Source of the DNA: Dehalococcoidia bacterium
Lineage (GTDB): Bacteria; Chloroflexota; Dehalococcoidia; Plut-88900
Assembly: GCA_965249275.1 (NCBI GenBank)
Contig: CBDFLQ010000007.1
Coordinates: forward strand, 928,001-992,000
Direction of reading: 5' to 3'
DNA length: 64,000 nt
In this document: piece after piece, positions 52,340 to 61,406 of the stretch
How positions within the stretch are numbered: the stretch's first letter is position 1
Layout: every line of letters starts with the position of its first letter
The notes under the pieces: generated by a model
Told to the model about the DNA's origin: nothing
Databases searched by the model: none
Seen by the model: the letters and a program-made list of their open reading frames with translations, nothing else
Made by a program: the position numbers and the translations under genes

Positions 52340-52837
52340 GGGAGGGGATGGATTCCGGGTCGGGGGGGAGGGGTTATTCAGTTGGGTCTCGGGGGTTTCG
52401 GTTTTGGTGGGGAGGGGTGGCGATGGAAGACGCCCGTTTGGCAGAGCTGCTTGTTCGTGGACTTGCAGCCATTATGCCCTGATGCTAGATGGTATACACG
52501 GACAATTCTCGGGCCAGACGTCCGGCAGAGGCTCCTTATGGGGGCTGTATGCCCGTGGGGGGCTTGTGGGGGCCAGGGATCCAGCTGTGCGAAGCCCCAC
52601 AGCCTAACTGATAGTGTCCAAGTTCGCCGGAAAAGGACAGGAGCGAATATCCTCCGGGCACCCCCGCGCCTTAGCGCCAAACTCCAGCAATGCGGGCCGA
52701 CGTTCGAGACGATTCTCCATGGGGGTCATGCGGTCCGCGGAGTGTATGCTCCGGTCACCCTTGATACAATCTCCCTGTGCCCCCTGAATTCCCGACTTCT
52801 CGGGAATGACAGAGGGGGAATGGAGGGAGCGTGAAGG

Positions 52838-53089
52838 CCAGGGCGTCTTTCCATCGCCTGGGTGGTGGGGAAGGGTGAGCCGGAACCTATGGATGAGGAG
52901 ATGGCGGCTTTCGCTTGAGCCGTGGGGCAGCGCGTGGGCTGCCCTTTGGGATGGGCTTGGACGTTGAGTCCTCGGGGGGTCCGGTGGGCTTCCCTAGTTT
53001 TTGGTTCCTCCTTAAGGTAGTTAGGTACGTGTTCGAACGGTGGGAAGATTAGCACGAGTGTTCAGGTAGGGTCAAGGGGTTGATGTCAC
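52838..53089 (-). repeat. ~250-bp dispersed repeat, copy B
   Basis: Similar to 21383-21636; TTGACC-N18-TAATCT promoter with AGCACGAGTGTTCA box at 53051-53064. Confidence 0.9.
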
Positions 53090-53138
53090 ACTTGGGGAGA
53101 CACCGCCCAGCCCCACCGGGGAACCCTCACCCCCTTTG

Positions 53139-53224
53139 TCCCCCTCTCCCTTAGGGCCTTCAAGGGAGAGGGGGAGATAAGAATAGAGGCCCACGTGCGT
53201 GCTCTGCACGCACGTGGGCCTCTA
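53139..53224. repeat. Two adjacent perfect hairpins (14-bp and 19-bp stems)
   Basis: TCCCCCTCTCCCTT..AAGGGAGAGGGGGA and TAGAGGCCCACGTGCGTGC-TCT-GCACGCACGTGGGCCTCTA. Confidence 0.85.
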
Positions 53225-53291
53225 ATTCAGTACTGGTGGGAGGGGGACAAGGATGGTCGGATAGGCATCTGTGTTGTACAAGCAAGCGCTT

Positions 53292-53765
53292 TAGATCCCT
53301 AGCGGGGCCTCGGGATGGGAGGGGGCTGGGGTGGAGGTGCAGGGTGAGCGCGATTTATTGGCAGAACTGGGCCTCCCCCCGCTCGACCCTTCGACTTTGC
53401 TCAGGGTGAGCGACCCCTCCCCGGGGATGGATTCCGGCTCTCGGCGGCCGGAATGACGGATGGGGGCTAGGAATGGTGTGATGGGGCAAGTCCTAGATCC
53501 CTCGCGGAGCCTCGGGATGACATGGCAAATGGGGGCGGAGGGGAGAGGACGTGACGAATTGGCGGTTCTGGGCCGCCCCCGCTCGACCCTTCGACTCTGC
53601 TCAGGATGAGCGGCCCCTCCTAGGGATGGATTCCGGCACTCGGGGGGCGGAATGATGGAAGGCACGCTTCCCCCCATATTCCTCGCGGGGCCTCGGAATT
53701 GTGGATGACAGGGTTGCATACGTCGGCAGGGTGAGGGAAATTGATTCCGGCTTGGGGGGCGGAGA
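53292..53765. repeat. Tandem ~200-bp composite palindromic units (2 full + 1 partial)
   Basis: Units at 53292, 53494 and ~53676: AGATCCCT..CCTCGGGATG + CGCTCGACCCTTCGACT.TGCTCAGG.TGAGCG + ATGGATTCCGGC..CGGAATGA. Confidence 0.85.
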
Positions 53766-53907
53766 AATTGAGAAGGATGGGAGCGGATTCGGGAGTGGGA
53801 CTCGACGCACTTTGGGAATGCATCGCTGTAGAATAGGTCGCCATCTGATGCCACGTTTGTGTTAATAGTCGAAAATGCACAGGAAATAGCTAACTAAGGA
53901 GAACAAG

Positions 53908-54267
53908 ATGGGCAATCCGGTCTTACATTTTGAAATAACCTGCAAGGATGCGGGAGCAGGTCAGGGCTTCTATAGAGACCTGTTCGATTGGAAGATAGCG
54001 TCAGACAATCCTTGGAATTATGGGCTGGTGGAGAAGGGGTCCGAGGAGGGGATCGGGGGAGGGATCACTGGTACGAACCCCGAAATGAGCCATCCCGGGG
54101 TGATGATCTACGTGGAGGTGGAGGACCTGCAGGCGACGCTGGACAAGGCTGAGGGCCTGGGCGGCAAGACCACGATGCCAATTATGGAGATTCCCGGAAT
54201 GGTTACCCTGGCCCATTTTTCCGATCCTGATGGGAATGTAATCGGGATCGTGAAGTCTGCAGAGTAG
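53908..54267 (+). CDS. VOC/glyoxalase family protein
   Basis: NPVLHFEI, FYRDLFDW, GIGGGI, F.DPDGN. Confidence 0.92.
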   Translation: MGNPVLHFEITCKDAGAGQGFYRDLFDWKIASDNPWNYGLVEKGSEEGIGGGITGTNPEMSHPGVMIYVEVEDLQATLDKAEGLGGKTTMPIMEIPGMVTLAHFSDPDGNVIGIVKSAE

Positions 54268-54294
54268 GTGTTCAAGCAGTCCTGAGTAACCTCC

Positions 54295-54322
54295 GGCAGC
54301 CGGGCCGCGCGGCCCGGCTGCC
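54295..54322. terminator. GC hairpin between convergent genes
   Basis: GGCAGCCGGGCCGC-GCGGCCCGGCTGCC perfect palindrome. Confidence 0.65.
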
Positions 54323-54328
54323 AAAGGT

Positions 54329-54523
54329 TTAGGCGGCTGGCTTCATTCGCTCCGTGTTAACCGGTCTGTTTTGGACCTTCACCGTGCGGCGGGAGACCAT
54401 GGCTGCGACATCGGCCTCGTTGAGGTCTCGGCTGCACTGGAAACAGGTGATGTAGTGGCCGAACAAATCGGTGCCGGAGAACAGATCGCCTCCGCACCAG
54501 GGGCAACCCTTTAACCAGAACAT
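54329..54523 (-). CDS. Small Zn-ribbon protein
   Basis: AAGGAG RBS; MFWLKGCPWCGGDL...ITCFQCSR. Confidence 0.75.
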   Translation of the reverse strand: MFWLKGCPWCGGDLFSGTDLFGHYITCFQCSRDLNEADVAAMVSRRTVKVQNRPVNTERMKPAA

Positions 54524-54781
54524 TGTTTCAATCTCCTTCCTCACCGGTCTGCGGTACACATTCTCCCGAACCCTGTGAAGGCCCGAGACATTTAACGTCC
54601 CTACATTTTCTATAACGAAAGATCGGCGATTTGGTTCCTTCTCGGGGGCCGGGAATTTCCAGAAGGCGTTACAAGCTAGTATTTGCGGCGTGGGTAGAGC
54701 CTTATCCAACGCTGAGCCAAGGCGCGAGCCAGTTGACTACGATTAGAGAGTCGTTTTAGTATTGGATGTCACGAATCTCGG

Positions 54782-54858
54782 GGCGCATTCGTCTAGCGGC
54801 CTAGGACACCGCCCTCTCAAGGCGGAGACCACGGGTTCGAATCCCGTATGCGCTACCA
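54782..54858 (+). tRNA. tRNA-Glu(CTC)
   Basis: GGCGCAT/ATGCGCT acceptor, CCGCC-CTCTCAA-GGCGG anticodon arm, TTCGAAT, CCA. Confidence 0.96.
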
Positions 54859-54925
54859 CTATATGTACGTGCTAGCTATAGAACGCCTTGATGGTCAGTA
54901 CGGTCACCACTTAAGACACCACCTG

Positions 54926-55075
54926 ATGGCTACCCCAAAACGCCCCAATCCTCCACAGAAACCTTCACCATCGCCTCCATCTCAGCCACGTCCCAAGCCA
55001 ACCATTGAAACCTTTAACCCTCAGCCAAGACGCCCGCTTATCTCAGGAATGGAAGATACTCATGGCTGCCTCTAA
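54926..55075 (+). CDS. Pro-rich micro-peptide 1 (49 aa)
   Basis: MATPKRPNPPQKPSPSPPSQPRPKPTIET...; paralog of the next ORF; weak RBS. Confidence 0.5.
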   Translation: MATPKRPNPPQKPSPSPPSQPRPKPTIETFNPQPRRPLISGMEDTHGCL

Positions 55076-55166
55076 TCCGTCAAAGCCTCAACAGAAGCCA
55101 CCCTCGCCTTCCCCTTCACAGACACGCCCCAAGCCCACGAGGGAGACCCGCAGCTTACCTTTATAA
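55062..55166 (+). CDS. Pro-rich micro-peptide 2 (34 aa)
   Basis: MAASNPSKPQQKPPSPSPSQTRPKPTRETRSLPL; purine-rich AGGAATGGAAG upstream; below the ORF-track cutoff. Confidence 0.55.
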   Translation: MAASNPSKPQQKPPSPSPSQTRPKPTRETRSLPL

Positions 55167-55688
55167 GGTCAGGCTGATCACTCCCCAAGTGGCACCTGTC
55201 ACCATCTCTACGATTAGCAGGTGCCCCATCCAATCTGCCCTTCCCGCCATTTTGTCGAGGAATTCACTGTTGTCGCGCATGTGCTCGCCAGCAGTCTCGA
55301 TCAAATGCCTTTTGAATTCGGTGGGGTCAAGTTCAACATCTGACTGAGGGTCGAATCCCTCGCGATCGACAATTAGTAATCCCGGGTCTATTGTCGCGAG
55401 CTTGCCAATTTTGAGTGTTCGAACGGCGCCGATTCTAATGGCAAAAAAGGCAGCCAAGGCTAGGATTCCAGGTATCGCAGCCCAAAGGGTCCAAGAAATC
55501 TTGCCACCGTTTATTGCGCCTACAATTGCCGGAATGCCGATTAAAGCAATCGTTGATTGTGCAAGCTGGCTCTGTATCCGCTCTTCTACTGCGGATATGC
55601 GCCTCAACATCCACTCATAGGATGAGGGAATGTATTCGTAAGCAAGGTCAAGGGACGGATATTTTTGATCCGGCGTCGCTTTACTCAT
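55161..55688 (-). CDS. Hypothetical 3-TM membrane protein
   Basis: Amphipathic helix, two TMs, soluble loop/helix, C-terminal TM; AAGG RBS. Confidence 0.75.
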   Translation of the reverse strand: MSKATPDQKYPSLDLAYEYIPSSYEWMLRRISAVEERIQSQLAQSTIALIGIPAIVGAINGGKISWTLWAAIPGILALAAFFAIRIGAVRTLKIGKLATIDPGLLIVDREGFDPQSDVELDPTEFKRHLIETAGEHMRDNSEFLDKMAGRADWMGHLLIVEMVTGATWGVISLTL

Positions 55689-56026
55689 TGGACCTTAAAA
55701 TGTAAGGCCATGCATTCAGACCGTCAACTAACATTCAATAGACCTGCGGAAATCACTGCAAAGACAAGACCCACGCCCCCGGCGCAGAATGTGCGATCCT
55801 CAGTTAGGGAATACGGGTGGGTGAGACGTGGTCCGCTCTGATGCTATAACGTCCGCGCCATGAATGGCTGAAGGGCGTCGAGCGAGCAGGCCAGTTCGCA
55901 AGGTGAGATTGACCAATTCAGTTGATTGGCCAATCAATAATACGGGTTGCCAAGCTCTAGCTATTCTATTTGTCGACTCTCGGCAGCCTACGTCCAGCAT
56001 TCATTGCCTACAAGCAACTGATGGCG

Positions 56027-57268
56027 CTAGTAGGCTACTTTCGTATCAGTAGCTACCAGCTTGCCCTCTTTGACCTTGTTTACGATGTAAGAGAGATCAC
56101 TGATGTATTCTTCGACTACCGGCTTCTGGATTAACGATAGCATCATGTGTATGGCGTTGGGTTCCTGGATACGGCTGGTGTACCAGCCTGAGTCGCTCAT
56201 GCCGTCTGCGACGGCGAAAATATCGAATTCGCTGGAACCGTAAGTGAAAATGGTCAGTTGCGGGTCTCCGTATGTTTCCAGGCCATCGATGCGATTAACG
56301 CCGTCCATTAAGGCTTCCCTGATGTGGAGAACCTCTTGCGCAATCCTCATATACCCCTCTTCGCCCAGATAGTTCATTACCGCCCATGCGGAGGCTATGG
56401 CGCCACCGGGTCGGCTGCCGACGAATGTTTGGGTCGAGTAGAGGCCTTTCGACCATTGGTCGAAGACGAATCCCTGGTATTCCAGGTACTGGGCGTCGCT
56501 GTATAGGACCGTGGATGCGCCCTTTGCTGCATAACCGTTCTTGTGAATATCCGCGGAGATGGACCTGACGCCGGGAATGGCGAAATCGAAGTCGGGTATG
56601 GAGTAGCCCAGTTTCCTGACAAAGGGCGCGATAAATCCGCCTATGCAACAGTCGACGTGGAGCCAGAGGTCTCTGGACTGGGCCAGTTCTCCCAAGTCGC
56701 CGATGGGATCGACAACCCCATGCGGGTACTCCGGGGCCGAGCCGACCATCATGATCGTATTGTCGGTGATGGCGTCGGACATGGCATCAACATCGGCGCG
56801 GAAGTCAGGGCCCGGGTTTACCCTTACTACTTTCATGTCCAGGAGTTCGGCGGCACGGTCAAACGCAGGATGCGCCGTGCGGGAGGTCAATATCTCAGGA
56901 GCGCCCTGGATGGGTCTATTGGCTCGGGCCCAGTCTCGGGCGGACTTTATGGCGAGGAAGATGCTTTCGGTGCCTCCCGTTGTCATGCTGCCGGCGGCGT
57001 TCTCTCCGCCGTGAAGCAGCCCCAGGCTTAGGTCGATAACCTCTTCCTCCATGTTGGCTAGACTCGGGTAGACCTTTGGATAGACTGCGTTCTCGTTAAA
57101 GAACATAGCGTATGCGTCATGGGCGACCTGTATAACATCATCGCCGGCGTAATAGAGCAGGCCCGAGATTTTCCCGGTGCGCCAGTCGATATCACCCTGT
57201 CGCGCTTCGGTGAGACGGTCTTTTAGCTCGTCCCAGTTGGTGCCGGTTTTCGGAAAAGACTTGCCCAT
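56027..57268 (-). CDS. PLP-dependent group II decarboxylase, sphingosine-1-phosphate lyase-like
   Basis: TTGGTESI, TAHPAF, SAPEYPHGVVDPI, HVDCCIGG, SADIHK, GSRPGG. Confidence 0.88.
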   Translation of the reverse strand: MGKSFPKTGTNWDELKDRLTEARQGDIDWRTGKISGLLYYAGDDVIQVAHDAYAMFFNENAVYPKVYPSLANMEEEVIDLSLGLLHGGENAAGSMTTGGTESIFLAIKSARDWARANRPIQGAPEILTSRTAHPAFDRAAELLDMKVVRVNPGPDFRADVDAMSDAITDNTIMMVGSAPEYPHGVVDPIGDLGELAQSRDLWLHVDCCIGGFIAPFVRKLGYSIPDFDFAIPGVRSISADIHKNGYAAKGASTVLYSDAQYLEYQGFVFDQWSKGLYSTQTFVGSRPGGAIASAWAVMNYLGEEGYMRIAQEVLHIREALMDGVNRIDGLETYGDPQLTIFTYGSSEFDIFAVADGMSDSGWYTSRIQEPNAIHMMLSLIQKPVVEEYISDLSYIVNKVKEGKLVATDTKVAY

Positions 57269-57396
57269 AATTCATCTCCTGAATTGTTCTAAGGGATGTG
57301 GAGTATTCAGATTTCTTCCACAAAGGTAATGTCAAAAGAAGGTTGCGTCAACAGTTTTGCGAACGTTAAGAGTGCGACACCCTGCCTCTCAATAGC

Positions 57397-57425
57397 TTGA
57401 CGGGTTCACCTAGGGCCCATAGAAT
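57397..57425 (+). promoter_or_regulatory. Sigma70-type promoter
   Basis: TTGACG-N17-TAGAAT. Confidence 0.65.
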
Positions 57426-57474
57426 GCCGCATTGTGCCTACCGAAGAGCCGTTCATTATGATATGGGAGGAAAT

Positions 57475-58896
57475 ATGGTCAAGATCGGAAACACAACTAA
57501 GAAGATGACAAGAGGCCGCGTCATCTTGGGGGTTATGGGCATTCTGCTGGTAATCCTGCTGGTATCCGCGGCCTGTGCAGGACCTGCCGGCCCTCCAGGT
57601 CCTGCCGGTCCCTCCGGAGCTGCCGGCGCAGCCGGCGCCACAGGCGATGCGGGACCCGCCGGCCCGCAAGGCCCACAGGGCCCCGCCGCCGGTGAGGCAC
57701 CGTTGCCCACGGCGACACCTGTTCCCACGGCAATGCCCGAGCCCACCGCCATGCCGGAACCCACTGCGATGCCCGAGCCTGAGAGCCTTATAAGGCCGCC
57801 ATCCGAGTGGACAATAGAGAATCCAGCAACGCGCGAGGAGATAGAAGCGGAACTGGAAAACTACAGAGGCCAGACCATAACCTACGGAACTTGGGGTGGC
57901 GCCTACACCTCCGCAGAGCAAGTGGCATATTTCGATCCCATTGCTGAACAGTTTGGCATCGAAGTAATTGCGGACGGGACTACCAACCCGAATACGAAGC
58001 TGCGACTGATAGCCGAGACCGGCAACTTCGACTGGACCTTCGCCCTGGGGACTACTCCGGTCTTCGCCGAGCTTGGTGAGATCGGGCTCCTGGAACCCCT
58101 GGACAAGAGCGTGGTCGACAACCGGAGCTTTGCTGGGATCCTGAGGGACCACGCCTACTTCGCCGGCGTAGGAGGAATAGCCTCCGAACCGCTGGCATAC
58201 AGCACGAACACTTACACCGAAGAAACTCGGCCCAAGACCATGAAGGACTTCTTCGACGTGGAGAACTTCCCCGGTGTCCGCGCTCTGGACAGTCGTGGAT
58301 GGACGTGGTTGCGCTACGTGACGGCCGCCTACTGGAGCGAAAACCCCGAGCACATAGGCACAACCGATGGCACTCTTAGCCTCGAACAGATCGATGAGGC
58401 CTACACTTACCTGGACGAGCTGAAGCCCCACATCAACGTCTATGCCGCCGGTTCCTCCGACTGCCCCACCTTCCTGATCGTAGGCGAGGTGGACATGTGC
58501 CTCACCGGCAACGGCCGTTTCGGAGCAGCCATCCTAAACGGCGATCCACTGCAGATGTCCTGGGAGGCCGGGCACCTGATGACCACCTTCGCCCAGGTCA
58601 TTCCCATCGGCTTGAGGGATGCCGAGCCTGAGAAATTTGAGCTTACCCAGCTCATCATGGCATACCTCTCCTTCCCGGAGATAAACAACCAGATCTCCCG
58701 CTACATCCAGTACTCCCCCATCAACCAGGCATCTTGGGAGCTTCTTGCCGGTCCGGAATTCGACGAAGCGCGGCAGTTCCTGCCCACCTCACCCGCTAAC
58801 GCCCAATACGGCTGGCTAGTGGACGAAGTATGGCAGACCGGCGTCACCGCCGAGCAAACTGAGCGCTACGTCACCTGGCAAACTGAGGGTAGCTAA
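57475..58896 (+). CDS. Lipoprotein solute-binding protein (PotD-like) with collagen-like and PTAMPE stalk
   Basis: Lipobox SAAC, 12 Gly-X-Y triplets, 3x PTAMPE, then WGGAY..A..YFDP, DFFDVENFPG.R and NGR. Confidence 0.85.
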   Translation: MVKIGNTTKKMTRGRVILGVMGILLVILLVSAACAGPAGPPGPAGPSGAAGAAGATGDAGPAGPQGPQGPAAGEAPLPTATPVPTAMPEPTAMPEPTAMPEPESLIRPPSEWTIENPATREEIEAELENYRGQTITYGTWGGAYTSAEQVAYFDPIAEQFGIEVIADGTTNPNTKLRLIAETGNFDWTFALGTTPVFAELGEIGLLEPLDKSVVDNRSFAGILRDHAYFAGVGGIASEPLAYSTNTYTEETRPKTMKDFFDVENFPGVRALDSRGWTWLRYVTAAYWSENPEHIGTTDGTLSLEQIDEAYTYLDELKPHINVYAAGSSDCPTFLIVGEVDMCLTGNGRFGAAILNGDPLQMSWEAGHLMTTFAQVIPIGLRDAEPEKFELTQLIMAYLSFPEINNQISRYIQYSPINQASWELLAGPEFDEARQFLPTSPANAQYGWLVDEVWQTGVTAEQTERYVTWQTEGS

Positions 58897-58933
58897 AGCA
58901 TTAGAAAGCCAGTCTTAGGTCATAAGTAGAATT

Positions 58934-58984
58934 GGTGAGGTCGGGTGTCAGGAGAATGATGCCCGGCCTCACCGCTTTCTTTTT
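58934..58984 (+). terminator. Rho-independent terminator
   Basis: GGTGAGGTCGGGTGTCA-loop-TGATGCCCGGCCTCACC followed by a T-rich tract. Confidence 0.8.
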
Positions 58985-59248
58985 ATGGAGCATTGGCCAT
59001 GTAGGGTTCTTCTCTGTCCCAGCTTTGATCAACTTTGCCAGATGGAGAGCGACCCGAGTGTCGGGGCCCACACCGTTGTTCTCTGATCAACATCGGCCAC
59101 GTGGATGTCACCCAGTACAAGAACCGTATACCAGGATGGAAACTGCACAGTAGGGATACTACGAAAAGAGCCGAGCAAGACCGACCATTACCAGGGACGC
59201 GCGTTTAGTGGATAATTAGGCTAGCAAGGTAGCTGCAAAGGACGTTTT

Positions 59249-59650
59249 ATGGCAGAAAAGCTTAAATTGGAAGATGCGCAGGTGGGGGAGACGATAGGGC
59301 CGTATCGTTACAGGGTGACCCGGGAGATGGTGGCGTTCGCCGCCTCCAAGGAGATGTTGAGCAGTTCTCGGTATTCAGGGGATAGCACTATCGCACCGAG
59401 CGCCCTTACGGACAACGACTATTCCCTGGCATTCATGATCCAATACAACGTGGGGGACGCCATCCACACCAAGGCCGAAAATCATTACATCAACCCACCC
59501 ATGATCGGCAAGGATCTGATCGTAACCGGAGCGATATCCGACAGATTCAACAAGAGGGGCAAAGACTTCCGGGTATTTGAAACGACCACTTGCGACGAGG
59601 ACGGGCGGGAGATAGTCAAAAGCAAGAATACACTGCTCTTAAGCCTCTGA
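59249..59650 (+). CDS. MaoC/hot-dog fold dehydratase subunit
   Basis: GP..Y.VTREMV, IAP, HYINPP..G..L.VTG.I.D.F.KRGK. Confidence 0.75.
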   Translation: MAEKLKLEDAQVGETIGPYRYRVTREMVAFAASKEMLSSSRYSGDSTIAPSALTDNDYSLAFMIQYNVGDAIHTKAENHYINPPMIGKDLIVTGAISDRFNKRGKDFRVFETTTCDEDGREIVKSKNTLLLSL

Positions 59651-59714
59651 CGTATGCCACAAAAAGTGAGCGTTAATCTTATTGGAATGGGCGTCGAGAG
59701 GAAAGGAACATAGC

Positions 59715-60155
59715 ATGACAGTCGCAGCGGGGGAGCTGGTCCCGGGCTTTAGCCTCCCTTCATTGACCAGGAAGATTTCAGCCGAGGACATAATATCCAA
59801 CAGCAGGGGGAGGGAGTCGCTGTGGGGACAATCGTTCGCGGGAAAGAACATTCATAACGACACTGAAACCGCCCACTCGCTCGGGGCACGGGATGTCGTG
59901 GCCGGGGGCGTCGACACTATGAGGGTGGGCTGGGAAATGCTCTTTAATTCATTTGGTGAGCGTTGGCTCAAAGGCGGCAACTTATCTTGCACTTTCATCA
60001 ACTGGGTTTGCGGGGGAGATGAGCTAACGGCCAAGGGTGTCGTCAGAGAGCCGACGGAAGGGGATGCCGCCGATCACGTATATTTAGACATCTGGCTAGA
60101 AAATCAGGATGGGGACAAGGTGATAGTGGGCAAGGCCAGCGTCCCCGTTAACTGA
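59715..60155 (+). CDS. MaoC-family dehydratase (catalytic-type)
   Basis: NIHND...A..LG...VVAGG, V.GGDELTAKG. Confidence 0.8.
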   Translation: MTVAAGELVPGFSLPSLTRKISAEDIISNSRGRESLWGQSFAGKNIHNDTETAHSLGARDVVAGGVDTMRVGWEMLFNSFGERWLKGGNLSCTFINWVCGGDELTAKGVVREPTEGDAADHVYLDIWLENQDGDKVIVGKASVPVN

Positions 60156-60163
60156 GGTCAATT

Positions 60164-61375
60164 ATGACAAGTACCCAAGGGGCGCTGGACGGGATAAAGG
60201 TGCTGGAACTGGGTCAAGGGTTGGCCGCTCCCTATTGCACCAAGATGATGGCCTCATTCGGGGCGGAGGTGATCAAGATAGAGGACCCTTCCGGGGGCGA
60301 TAGCTTCAGAAGTACGGGCCCTTTCCTTGACCACATACCCCACCAGGAGACCAGCGCTCCCTTTTTGTACCTGAACACGGGCAAGAAAAGCATTACTCTC
60401 GACCTCAAAGCCGCCTCGGGTGTGGAGACTTTCAAGAAACTGATTGCAAAGGTAAACGTGCTAGTGGAGGACTTGGCACCTGGGTCGATGGCCGAGATGG
60501 GCCTGGGCTACGACACCCTGGAAGGCATCAACCCGGGTCTAGTGATGTCGTCTATCACGGGTTTCGGGCAGACGGGCCCTTATCGGGACTACAAAGCTAA
60601 CTCTATGATTAGCTACGCAGTCACGGGGCTGATGTACATGAACGGCGAGCCCGACAGGGAACCGTTAACGGGCAGCGGCCATATCCCGGAATACGAGACT
60701 GCGGTGCAAGCTTACAATGCAATTGCCGCGGCGCTTTACTGGCGGGAGGAGAGCGGGGAGGGGCAGTACATCGACGTTTCCGTGATGGAGGCAATGGCCT
60801 ATTTCCATGAATTCGCCATAGTGGTCTGGACTCATGTGGGTCTGCAGAACGAACGAACAGGCAACCGCCATCCGGTGGGGATACATCCCCTTGCTTTGTT
60901 TCCGTGCAAGGACGGATATGTTTCGATCAGCGTAGCCACACCCGACCAGTACGACAACCTGATGCTCTTGATAGAGAGGCCCGACCTGCTGGATGACCCC
61001 AGATATGCCGACCGTCACGATCGATGGAACATCGCGGATGAATTTGACGAGATCCTGTTGCCGTGGTTAGCGGAACACACTGCCGACGAAATAGTCCGGC
61101 GAGCCCAAGAGTTGAGGATACCGTCCGGGAGACTAAACAACTGTGAGCAATTGATGAGCGACGTCCAGCTGGCCGCAAGGGACTTCTGGGTAGACGTCGA
61201 ACATCCATACGCGGGGCGGCAGACTTATCCCGGCGCTCCGTTCAAGATGACAGATACGCCCTTTCAACTGAGTCGGGCTCCGCTTCTCGGAGAGCATAAT
61301 GAGGATATCTACGTGAACAACCTGGGCTTGAGTCCGAAGGAGATGGCTGAACTGAGGGAAGCGAAAGTAATTTAA
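60164..61375 (+). CDS. Class III CoA-transferase (CaiB/BaiF)
   Basis: GAEVIKIEDP.GGD, YLNTGKKSITLDL, ITGFGQTGPY, APLLGEHN. Confidence 0.92.
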   Translation: MTSTQGALDGIKVLELGQGLAAPYCTKMMASFGAEVIKIEDPSGGDSFRSTGPFLDHIPHQETSAPFLYLNTGKKSITLDLKAASGVETFKKLIAKVNVLVEDLAPGSMAEMGLGYDTLEGINPGLVMSSITGFGQTGPYRDYKANSMISYAVTGLMYMNGEPDREPLTGSGHIPEYETAVQAYNAIAAALYWREESGEGQYIDVSVMEAMAYFHEFAIVVWTHVGLQNERTGNRHPVGIHPLALFPCKDGYVSISVATPDQYDNLMLLIERPDLLDDPRYADRHDRWNIADEFDEILLPWLAEHTADEIVRRAQELRIPSGRLNNCEQLMSDVQLAARDFWVDVEHPYAGRQTYPGAPFKMTDTPFQLSRAPLLGEHNEDIYVNNLGLSPKEMAELREAKVI

Positions 61376-61406
61376 TCCGTCAGAGGCGGAAAGAGCCATA
61401 CCATAT

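Noticed and set aside
52419-52435. GGCGATGGAAGACGCCC resembling a fluoride riboswitch 5' stem and inverted relative to 52841
   Set aside because: No downstream complement for the pseudoknot and no fluoride-related gene; the inverted match may be chance
53292-53765. Possible CRISPR array
   Set aside because: Period ~200 bp, degenerate repeats, similar spacers and no cas genes
54848-54925. ORF-track start inside tRNA-Glu (75-aa ORF)
   Set aside because: The ATG lies in the tRNA acceptor stem; paralog alignment supports a start at 54926
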